DNA of 64,000 nucleotides from a virus: UHGV virus genome UHGV-1375844; one strand, 5' to 3'. Shown piece by piece: positions 56,222 to 64,000 of this stretch (position 1 is its first letter; each line of letters starts with the position of its first letter). The notes under the pieces were generated by a model. It saw only the letters and a program-made list of their open reading frames with translations, ran no database searches and was not told where the DNA came from. The position numbers and the translations under genes were made by a program.

Positions 56222-56826
56222 CCGTAGAGATTTCTGTTTAAGACTGGAACTCGGTTGTTGATAGCAAGGCTCGCCCCTCCATTAATTTCATTAACAAGGA
56301 TAGAACTCACGGTATTTCCGTAGCATGTGTAGCCGTAAACCAGCGTCTTAGCGCCACCCGGCATTGGAATAGCAAAGGCGTTAGCGTAAGTTGGCACAAC
56401 CGCTACCGGATAATTGAATACGTGCTTATCATTACTGTTCCAGCTATTATTATCAAGAAATGTGAAAGACAGTGGGATATTTGCCGTGTTATAGATCTCA
56501 ACCCCTGAAGAATTGAAAAAACTCATTCCCCATTTTTCTTTTCTGGTTATGCCCGTAGCGAAAACATACACAGTTACGTTTGAATCACTCCCACGTCCAC
56601 CGAAGCTGTAAATAACCTGGTTATTGCGAACTATACGATTCGCAAGCAGTGAAACAGCTTTTGTATACGCCACGAAGACCATAGGGGACCGATCAGGAGA
56701 TAGTCCCGTATTGAACTCGCTCCCCCCTTTCAGTGAGACAACATGTTTGCTCTGGAAAACCAGAGGCGTAAGGCTTGGAGACATCCAGACCTTTCCATCA
56801 GATCGAACGATTTTGCTTCCGTACAT
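56218..56826 (-). CDS. hypothetical tail-fibre-associated protein (202 aa)
   Basis: ORF coupled (ATGA) to neighbours in the fibre operon. Confidence 0.4.
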   Translation of the reverse strand: MYGSKIVRSDGKVWMSPSLTPLVFQSKHVVSLKGGSEFNTGLSPDRSPMVFVAYTKAVSLLANRIVRNNQVIYSFGGRGSDSNVTVYVFATGITRKEKWGMSFFNSSGVEIYNTANIPLSFTFLDNNSWNSNDKHVFNYPVAVVPTYANAFAIPMPGGAKTLVYGYTCYGNTVSSILVNEINGGASLAINNRVPVLNRNLYG

Positions 56827-57080
56827 TATTTCTGAAACACCATTAGGTAGATGGTTCCGTATGCATTTGTCCAGTTAATCTGGTTTCCTGAAATGGTTAC
56901 ACTGCCAATGTTGCCATTCAGTGTTTCCATAATGTAGTAATCAAGAGACATCCCCGACTCGACAGCATACCTTCTGCTGCCGCTACCGGTTGGCTGAAAA
57001 TAATCCAGATAATAAATTGGCGCTAAGGCGTCGACCATTTCCTGTCTGCTCGGCGACCAAATTTTTGCTCCATAACTCAT
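56826..57080 (-). CDS. hypothetical tail-fibre-associated protein (84 aa)
   Basis: ORF in the fibre operon. Confidence 0.35.
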   Translation of the reverse strand: MSYGAKIWSPSRQEMVDALAPIYYLDYFQPTGSGSRRYAVESGMSLDYYIMETLNGNIGSVTISGNQINWTNAYGTIYLMVFQK

Positions 57081-57123
57081 ATATCATCCTTGATTATGTA
57101 AGGCGCTTGTGGGCGCCTTCTAA

Positions 57124-57681
57124 TTAAATTTTAGTTACGGCAATCGTTTTGCCATTTTGATTGTAAAGCCAGCCTCCTGCTGTACTCGCTCTATAATGCC
57201 TGGTGTTATATGCAAAGTGGCTCGGAGTGAAGGTAAAATTAGTTCCACCAAAAGAAAGCGTGAAATTTTGGTTCGGCCCATTAGTTAAACCTATATACAT
57301 GGTTGTCGCATTTTGAACCTGGGAAACATGCGTAATAGCACACCCCAATAATGTTCCACTAACAGAGCCTGTTGCGTTAATCGAGAGCGGTTGTTGCGCA
57401 CCGCTTACGACTGTTGCAGCAATGGCTCCTGTTTGAACGGAGTTATTTGAAAAACCACCATACGAGGATGTCCCTTGAATGAATTGACCGTTCGAAATCT
57501 GCGCTCTGAAAGCGTATGTGTTCCGGCCAACCACCACCGTGAAGTCCTGCATCGCTTTTCCAACCAGAGAACTCATCCAAAACGGAGTGCCAACCTTAAC
57601 TTTGGAGCCAGCGGCAGACATCCACCGCTGGCCAGTAGTTGATACGGCTGACGACCCGACCCATCCTGAGCCAATCGCCAT
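57124..57681 (-). CDS. tail fibre tip protein (alternate tip 1)
   Basis: Shares the conserved N-terminus with 54866-55690; AAGGAG RBS; immediately downstream of the long fibre gene. Confidence 0.55.
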   Translation of the reverse strand: MAIGSGWVGSSAVSTTGQRWMSAAGSKVKVGTPFWMSSLVGKAMQDFTVVVGRNTYAFRAQISNGQFIQGTSSYGGFSNNSVQTGAIAATVVSGAQQPLSINATGSVSGTLLGCAITHVSQVQNATTMYIGLTNGPNQNFTLSFGGTNFTFTPSHFAYNTRHYRASTAGGWLYNQNGKTIAVTKI

Positions 57682-60600
57682 TATCTGTTCTCCTTGATTT
57701 CACGGATTTCGTCACGCAGCTCTTTCACCGCTTCGACCAGCAGTCCAATGACGCCGTTATAGTTCAGACGCAGACGCTCTTCCCCGGATTGGTCATTTTT
57801 ATCAACCGTTACCAGTTCTGGCTGTACCTTCTGAACATCCTGAGCGATCAGGCCACCAGACTGCTCGTATCGATCATGTACCTGAATCTCATACAGAACC
57901 CCTTCAATCTGCCCCAGCTTGTCGAGTGCGCTCTCGATTTTGCGGATATTCCGCTTACTTCTACGGTCAGAACGGATATATACGTCGTTGAAGCTACCAT
58001 TACCGCCACATACCCAAGTGCCATCGTTTTGCAGATATGCCTGGGCATCCGTACCGTTGGCCGTCCGTGAGTTGTTGATCATGTAAAAACCAAACTGGCT
58101 GTTACCCAGACCGCCGACGAAAAACTTACGATCGGCATGATCTTGTCTCAACAACGCTTGGGCCGAGCTGGTTGACACGGCATTCCGTCCAAAAATAACG
58201 TTCTGATCACGCATGTTAATCCACGAGCCAGAGCCGCTATTGATGGCGAAGCGACCTGCGTAGACCCACGCACTTGAAGTAATGTCTCCTGACACAGAAA
58301 GGGGCTTATTGCTTTGCAACGTCCCGTTGACGAATCGGAACACATGAGCGCTATTGGCGTAGACATCCAGTACGCCATCCCCATTTTGCTTAAACCCGGT
58401 ATCGTTATCTCCCAGAACAATAGAGTTCCCACCTAATCCATTCGTTACGCCTAAACCGAGGCTGCCGGCAATAGTTGCGCCACCAGCGATATCAAGGCCG
58501 TTAGCCATCGACGCACGACCAGAAGTGTTGTTAATGGTCAGCGGTCGAAGGCCGTTCCATCCACCAAACTTGTCGCCTGATGCCGTTAAAAGGAAATAGG
58601 TGCTGCTGCCATCGTTTCGGATGAAGAAGCCAAAGTTACCGTAAGCAGCTCGCAGAGCATTGGCGCTTAATGAGGTGATCTCATTTCTTGCACGAACACC
58701 ATATCCAGTGTTGATAATGAGTTCCTCTTGCGCGTCAGTATTCCCTGTCGCCCAACGGATAGTTCCACCCTGAACCGTCTCGTGCCAGATTGTGTCGCTA
58801 CTTCCCCCGCGGTATTTGCGGAGATATTTCTTACCCCCTGTCGTGCCTCCACATAAAGCGGTGGCCATGTACGTGCCCTGGGCGCCGCCATCCTGATTAA
58901 TGGTTCCGGTAACTGCTCCACCGCCTGTAGGGAGTGCCCCAACCTCAGCGGCGCTCGGTTTGTTAGCCGTGGTGTAGATCTGCGCCCAACCAGACCAATT
59001 GGCGTCAGTGGTATCACGACGAGAGCGGATGTAAGCTGGGGCATGGCCACCGCTGGTGCCACTCCAGCCGAGTAACAACTCGCCTTCGCCTGCAGCAGAC
59101 CCTCCTTTAAAATGAAGAACGTTGCCGTAAGTTGTTGGATAGCCGTTGTTGTAGGCTTCATACATCTGGATACCCGGCATGGCCCCCTGCGTACTTCCGG
59201 CCAGCGCGGTAACGCGACCGCGAGATACCAGAGTAGGGATGCTGATATTCGCGGTACCATCAAAAGCGACATTGTTGATCGATCTTGCCGTCTGCAATTT
59301 GCTCGCTGAGACCGCATTAGCACCTGAAGCAAGAGCGCCAATATCGGCAGGCGTTGGCTTATTACGGGTGTTATATAAGCGACGCCAGCCTGGTCCATAG
59401 CCGTCACCATTATTTACGTAAATAAACTCGGCGTTAGTTACCCCACCATGACCTGTCGTCGTTGGTGTGGTAATGCGGATCGTGTAGTTACCTGAGTTTC
59501 CATTGCTGAAAACTTCAATAACTGAACCAGAGAGATCAATCCTGCCGCATCCAGTGTCGTCAATGTAGTTATTGCTGGCGTAAGACCATGAGCAACGCGC
59601 GATCCAACATTTATACCCAAAAGCACCTTGTTCATTAAGCCAGGTAACAAACTGAGCTGTGGTAAAGGCCGCACCACTGCCACTATTCAGCCAACCACTA
59701 ACTGCTGCCGCAGCATTGATGTTTGCCGGGCTAATGTTAATGTCAGAAGAACCGTCGAAGTTTACACCTGCGATTTTACGTGCGGTTTGTAGCTTAGTTG
59801 CAGTCGCTGCGTTGCCTGTCGTGCTTTGATTTCCCTGGGTGTTAACACCAGGCAAGTTGATATCGGCGGAACCGTCAAAATTCACCCCACCAATTTTTCG
59901 GGGCGTCCTGAGCTTGCTGGCCGTACCCGCATTCCCTGATGTTGACTGGTTCCCCTCGGCATTCACACCCGGAAGATTGATGTCCTGGCTGCCATCGAAC
60001 AGCACCCCACCAATACGACGTCCCGTCTGGAGTACCGTCGCAGTACTCGCATTGCCCACCAGTGAGCCTGTAATAGCACCATTGATGTCTGAAAGTACTC
60101 GATGATATACCGTTCCCTCTACGGCGCCTTCAGGCAACGAGTCAACCGATTCGATCACTTCCAGCGATTCAACCGCGGCGCCGGAGAATTGCAGGTTCAC
60201 AATTAACTTTTGAGCGCCCGCGCCCACGCGAAGGTAGATGTCGTAATTTTCTTCGTCGGTATTAACGGTGGCCACGCTATTTACAGCGGAGTCCTGCGTT
60301 AAATAGGCAACAGCATTGAGACCTTTGGGATCGCCCCCCGCTGTGCGAAGAACAATGTCAGCCATCGCAGCCTGGCCTGGGCTATCGGTATCATAGCCAG
60401 CGCCACCGATCACTTCGATGTAGACAGTGCTGGTCGCTTGCGGCATACGCGCACGCGAGACTTTTACCCACTTGGGCGTATCAGAGGTCAAGTCCAGTTC
60501 GGCGGACGTACCTTTCCATTTCACGCTGGCGATACTGGACTGCGCATTCTGCGCATATTCGTATGCCTTGTCCTCAGACGCTTTCGCTTTCGTCTGGGAT

Positions 60601-61880
60601 GCTTTGGCCTCAGCTGCCGAAGTCGAGGCCTCGGACGCTTTTGCTGTCGCGAGTGTGGCCGACTCAGCGGCTTCTGTTGCCTTTGCTTCAATACCTGCCA
60701 GCGCGTCAGTTGCGGTGGTCGCAGATGCGGCTGCGCTTGCCTCAGACTTCTTCGCTTCGCCAGCACTTGATGCAGCTGCATCTTTGCTGGCCTCTGCCGC
60801 ATCAGCATATTCGCCAGCTGTAGTGGCGCTCCCCGCCGCCGCGTCAGCGCTTAAACCGGCAGCCACTTTACTCGCGGCGGCGGCTGTTTCCGAGGCGGCA
60901 GCGTTGGTTTCAGACACTTTAGCCGCGGCAGCGCTGGCGGCCGACCCGTCGGCGCTCTGCGCCGCGTTTGTTTCAGATGTTTTGGCTGCGTTCTGAGATG
61001 CAAGTGCGGCAGCTGCACTACCCGCTGCTGCGTTTTCCGATGCGGCGGCATTGCTCTCAGAAACTTCAGCAGCCGCAGCGGAATTAGATGCTGCGGTCGC
61101 AGAATCCGCAGCAGAGACAGCGCTGCCAGCAGCGTTAGTTTCTGAGGCTTTCGCGGCATTTTTGGACGCTGCGGCACTCGAAGCAGATGCCCCTGCTTCG
61201 GCGGCTTTCTCCGTTGCGGTGGCAGCTGAAGCTACAGCAGTCTCTTTATAGCTTTCTGCATTCGTTTCGGAGGTCTTTGCACCCTTAGCGGCTTCGCTGG
61301 CAACGCTTTCGGATGCAGCAGCTGCGGCAGCACTTTTACTGGCCTCAGTCGCCTTTGTTCCGGCAGTGCTTGCGCTATTGGCAGCTGCTGCTGCGCTGGC
61401 GGCTGCCTGTTTAGCTTTGTCACCCGCGGCATCGATTGCATCCGTATTGTCTCTGTACCATTGCTGGTTGGCATTGTGCTCATTGACGATTTGGGTGAGC
61501 GATTTGACTGTCACCTCAGTGCCGTCCTCGCGTTCGAGTGTCACTTCATCAATGGCAGTTAACCAGCTTCGCATTGTCTTCGAGTCGGCTGACATTCGAG
61601 TCATCAATGCCGTGAAGCGAGCACTGAACTGTGTCAGATCGCCTTCATAGGTAGTGATGATGCGGCATGGGACATCATTCTGGGTCTCACCCGAGTACTG
61701 CTCCATAAGTGTCAGGCGGGTGTCATTTAGCACACGCTTAATTTCGTACAGCTTGTTATCGGGGCCGATGACAATCATGCCCGGCAACACGCCATTGGCA
61801 GTGACGTTCCAAAACGTGCCAGTGCCCTCAAGCGTGTCACTTCCCTGTGTAAATGTGATAGTACCTTCCCTGTACCACAT
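57681..61880 (-). CDS. long tail fibre protein with Ala-rich repeat shaft and C-terminal intramolecular chaperone (peptidase S74-like)
   Basis: 1399 aa; repeated ASETNAA units; C-terminal SDRRSKRNI...GLIAQDVQ resembles the autoproteolytic chaperone domain of T5 pb1/endosialidase-type fibres. Confidence 0.75.
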   Translation of the reverse strand: MWYREGTITFTQGSDTLEGTGTFWNVTANGVLPGMIVIGPDNKLYEIKRVLNDTRLTLMEQYSGETQNDVPCRIITTYEGDLTQFSARFTALMTRMSADSKTMRSWLTAIDEVTLEREDGTEVTVKSLTQIVNEHNANQQWYRDNTDAIDAAGDKAKQAAASAAAAANSASTAGTKATEASKSAAAAAASESVASEAAKGAKTSETNAESYKETAVASAATATEKAAEAGASASSAAASKNAAKASETNAAGSAVSAADSATAASNSAAAAEVSESNAAASENAAAGSAAAALASQNAAKTSETNAAQSADGSAASAAAAKVSETNAAASETAAAASKVAAGLSADAAAGSATTAGEYADAAEASKDAAASSAGEAKKSEASAAASATTATDALAGIEAKATEAAESATLATAKASEASTSAAEAKASQTKAKASEDKAYEYAQNAQSSIASVKWKGTSAELDLTSDTPKWVKVSRARMPQATSTVYIEVIGGAGYDTDSPGQAAMADIVLRTAGGDPKGLNAVAYLTQDSAVNSVATVNTDEENYDIYLRVGAGAQKLIVNLQFSGAAVESLEVIESVDSLPEGAVEGTVYHRVLSDINGAITGSLVGNASTATVLQTGRRIGGVLFDGSQDINLPGVNAEGNQSTSGNAGTASKLRTPRKIGGVNFDGSADINLPGVNTQGNQSTTGNAATATKLQTARKIAGVNFDGSSDINISPANINAAAAVSGWLNSGSGAAFTTAQFVTWLNEQGAFGYKCWIARCSWSYASNNYIDDTGCGRIDLSGSVIEVFSNGNSGNYTIRITTPTTTGHGGVTNAEFIYVNNGDGYGPGWRRLYNTRNKPTPADIGALASGANAVSASKLQTARSINNVAFDGTANISIPTLVSRGRVTALAGSTQGAMPGIQMYEAYNNGYPTTYGNVLHFKGGSAAGEGELLLGWSGTSGGHAPAYIRSRRDTTDANWSGWAQIYTTANKPSAAEVGALPTGGGAVTGTINQDGGAQGTYMATALCGGTTGGKKYLRKYRGGSSDTIWHETVQGGTIRWATGNTDAQEELIINTGYGVRARNEITSLSANALRAAYGNFGFFIRNDGSSTYFLLTASGDKFGGWNGLRPLTINNTSGRASMANGLDIAGGATIAGSLGLGVTNGLGGNSIVLGDNDTGFKQNGDGVLDVYANSAHVFRFVNGTLQSNKPLSVSGDITSSAWVYAGRFAINSGSGSWINMRDQNVIFGRNAVSTSSAQALLRQDHADRKFFVGGLGNSQFGFYMINNSRTANGTDAQAYLQNDGTWVCGGNGSFNDVYIRSDRRSKRNIRKIESALDKLGQIEGVLYEIQVHDRYEQSGGLIAQDVQKVQPELVTVDKNDQSGEERLRLNYNGVIGLLVEAVKELRDEIREIKENR

Positions 61881-61905
61881 ATTCGCTCCTTGAAAGGACG
61901 GGCAT

Positions 61906-61926
61906 CCTTGCCCGTCATTAAGTAAG
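61906..61926. terminator. hairpin GGACGGGCA-tcct-TGCCCGTC upstream of the long fibre gene
   Basis: 9 bp stem read directly; followed by a palindromic motif copy at ~61928-61947. Confidence 0.45.
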
Positions 61927-61967
61927 TACCTACTTATTTTTACCGATATAAAGAAATATTTCTACTA

Positions 61968-63974
61968 TCAAAGCAAGCCAATGCGCACCCGGAGAACATT
62001 GTTGTCATCATAAACATCAATGCGCTGACCATTAATGACCAAACGACCGTTGCCACCGCTGTTGCCGTTAATCTCCAGAACTCCGTTTTTGCCAAACCGC
62101 CACCCAGAGCGCCCGGAAACAAAATTCGTAGACTGGAGATCGCCCACTTTGGCATTGGTAATCGTGCCATCCTTGATATAGGCGCCATTCATGTAAGCAA
62201 TGCTGTTTTCAACCACGAACGGCGTTGTAACCTTCCCGTTCACTGAGTTCACCAATCCAAAACGGTCGGCTTGAACAAGGAATTGAGACAGGCCAGTGCT
62301 GTCGATCCCCAGCGCGATGCCGGCAACATACTTCTGCCCGCCGCTGGTGGATGTCTCCATCTTAAGTGTCCAAGCTGTAGAGACCTTTTTATTGGTATCT
62401 GCAATAGCTGTCGCCTGTTGCCTAATCGTTGCAGAGTTACCGTCAACAGAGGCTTTTAGCGTGTCGATACGTGACCCCAACGCCCCATCAGCATTAGCCC
62501 TGGCGTTCGCCTCGGACGTAATCGCTGCATTAATGTCCTTGCCAGTCTGGGCTTTCAGGCTTGTGATCTGCCCGGCCAGCGCCGAATCGGCATCAGTACG
62601 AGCTTTAGTCTCAGTAGCAACCGCTGCTTTGATGTCCTGTGCAGTCTGGGCCTTTAACGTGCTGATCTGGGTTGCCAGTGCGCTATCCGCGTCAGTACGC
62701 GCTTTCGTTTCACTGGCAACTGCCGCCTTAATATCCTCCCCCGTCTGAGCCTTGAGGCTGGTAATTTGTTTGGATAATGCCTCATCCCCTGAAGCTCGTG
62801 CGGTCTGCTCTTCCGTAAGAGCCGCACTAATGTCACCTTCTACCTTCGCCTGCAGTGACGTAATCTGCCTGGAAAGCGATTCATCCGCAGTCGCTCGGGC
62901 CTCCTGCTCAGAAACAATGGCCGCAGAAATATCATCATTGATCTGGGCTTCCAGCTTGGTGATTTGTGTTGCGATCGCCTTATCAGCTTCAACACGAGCT
63001 GTCGTCTCTTCGGTAATAGATGCCCGGATGTCCTCACCAATCTCTGCGCGGATCTCTTCCACTTTGGAGGCCATCGCAGACATATCGTCAGCAAAGGTCT
63101 TTTGAGTGGTGGCGATCTTCGCATTATTGACCATCTGCTTATGCTGGTCTTCGTCCTGTCGCAGTGCGAGGTCGATGTTGGTTTTGGCCAATGCCTCGAT
63201 ATTAGTCGTCACTTCCGCGCTGGCACGTTCGACTTCGGCAACGGTCTTTTTCATCTCTTCGACAGCGGCTACGCTATCATCGACAGAAGACTTAATCGCC
63301 TCGATCTGTTTGGCGTTCGCCTTGTCACCCTCTACTCTGGCCTCTCGCTCTTCAGCAATTAAGGCAGATGAATTGTCCAGGGCCGCTTGAGCCGCTTCAA
63401 CCGCGCCGGCCACTGCTTTGCCCTGTTCAGACACAGTCTCCTGCAATTCAACCAGGGCGGCGTTTGAGTCTTCGACTTGACTCAGCGCCTCGTTAACCTT
63501 ATCGAGCGTGCCAGACACCTCTGTTTTCAGGTCATTCTGGGCCTGCTCAAGTCTGTCGCTGGTCTCTGACAGCTTCCCGTCCAGATCGGAAACAGACTGG
63601 TCGAGTTCTTTGAGGCTTTCCTCCATCTGCTTATTGATAGCGTCAACGGCTTCTTGAGAGGCTTTGGTGTCAATTTCCTCCAACAGTTCCTGCCCCAGCT
63701 CAGAAGACGTGATCTTACCTGTCAGGAAAGAAAGCACGTCTTTCGTCATAGCCTCTGTACCCAGATTAGAGTTAGGCGGACTTAACATGCCTCGTTTATT
63801 GGCTGCACGTACCCAATAGAACCAGGTCTCGCTATCCCCTAAACCCGCATGGGTAAAGGTCGTGCTGGCCGACTCAGCGATCAGCTTGGCTGTGTCCAGA
63901 TTGTTAGTCTGGGATGCATATACGTTGATATGGTCGAGGTCGATTGAGTCTGGGTTTACCCAATTCAAAATCAC
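61968..63974 (-). CDS. tail fibre / host-specificity protein with long coiled-coil repeat region (start uncertain, may lie beyond the window)
   Basis: 668 aa ORF; repeated EARATADESLSRQITSLQAK-type units; globular C-terminus. Confidence 0.55.
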   Translation of the reverse strand: MILNWVNPDSIDLDHINVYASQTNNLDTAKLIAESASTTFTHAGLGDSETWFYWVRAANKRGMLSPPNSNLGTEAMTKDVLSFLTGKITSSELGQELLEEIDTKASQEAVDAINKQMEESLKELDQSVSDLDGKLSETSDRLEQAQNDLKTEVSGTLDKVNEALSQVEDSNAALVELQETVSEQGKAVAGAVEAAQAALDNSSALIAEEREARVEGDKANAKQIEAIKSSVDDSVAAVEEMKKTVAEVERASAEVTTNIEALAKTNIDLALRQDEDQHKQMVNNAKIATTQKTFADDMSAMASKVEEIRAEIGEDIRASITEETTARVEADKAIATQITKLEAQINDDISAAIVSEQEARATADESLSRQITSLQAKVEGDISAALTEEQTARASGDEALSKQITSLKAQTGEDIKAAVASETKARTDADSALATQISTLKAQTAQDIKAAVATETKARTDADSALAGQITSLKAQTGKDINAAITSEANARANADGALGSRIDTLKASVDGNSATIRQQATAIADTNKKVSTAWTLKMETSTSGGQKYVAGIALGIDSTGLSQFLVQADRFGLVNSVNGKVTTPFVVENSIAYMNGAYIKDGTITNAKVGDLQSTNFVSGRSGWRFGKNGVLEINGNSGGNGRLVINGQRIDVYDDNNVLRVRIGLL

Positions 63975-64000
63975 ATTTCGGTAGTCGCCAACGGCCGTCA

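Noticed and set aside
60427-61251. Plus-strand Ala-rich ORFs and apparent tandem repeats
   Set aside because: They mirror the Ala-rich repeat shaft of the minus-strand tail-fibre gene; the DNA repeats are coding repeats, not a separate element.

Overview
This 64 kb window reads as part of a phage-plasmid: a P1-type RepA initiator flanked by iteron arrays and GATC clusters, plus a ParA partition pair, sits inside a phage-like genome. Almost all genes are on the minus strand and tightly packed. The main blocks are: a nucleotide-metabolism set (Dam-family N6-adenine methyltransferase, DHFR, thymidylate synthase, class Ia NrdA/NrdB, glutaredoxin, P-loop kinase); a replication/recombination set (DnaE-like pol III alpha, DnaQ-like exonuclease, DnaB-like helicase, primase, ATP-dependent ligase, gp32-like SSB, RecA-like recombinase, flap endonuclease, Rad50/Mre11-like pair, RuvC-like resolvase, PhoH); a CobS/CobT-like AAA+/vWA pair; a tyrosine recombinase with an XRE-type regulator; a minus-strand tRNA cluster (Ser-TGA, Asn-GTT and one aberrant tRNA-like gene); a lysis cassette; and a tail-fibre region. 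From memory this gene set resembles SSU5/pHCM2-type phage-plasmids, but I could not run any search. The most interesting candidates for an undescribed system are three visibly AT-rich insertions (a membrane-anchored protein at 39.1-40.4 kb, a two-gene membrane module at 49.7-50.8 kb, an HNH protein at 2.6-3.6 kb), a recombinase locus carrying a LexA-box-like sequence and a perfect 13-7-13 palindrome, and a palindromic motif (ATAAGTAAG..CTTACTTAT) repeated upstream of about 20 transcription units. All coordinates were counted by eye and may be off by 1-3 nt; product calls rest on motifs I recognise, not on database hits.
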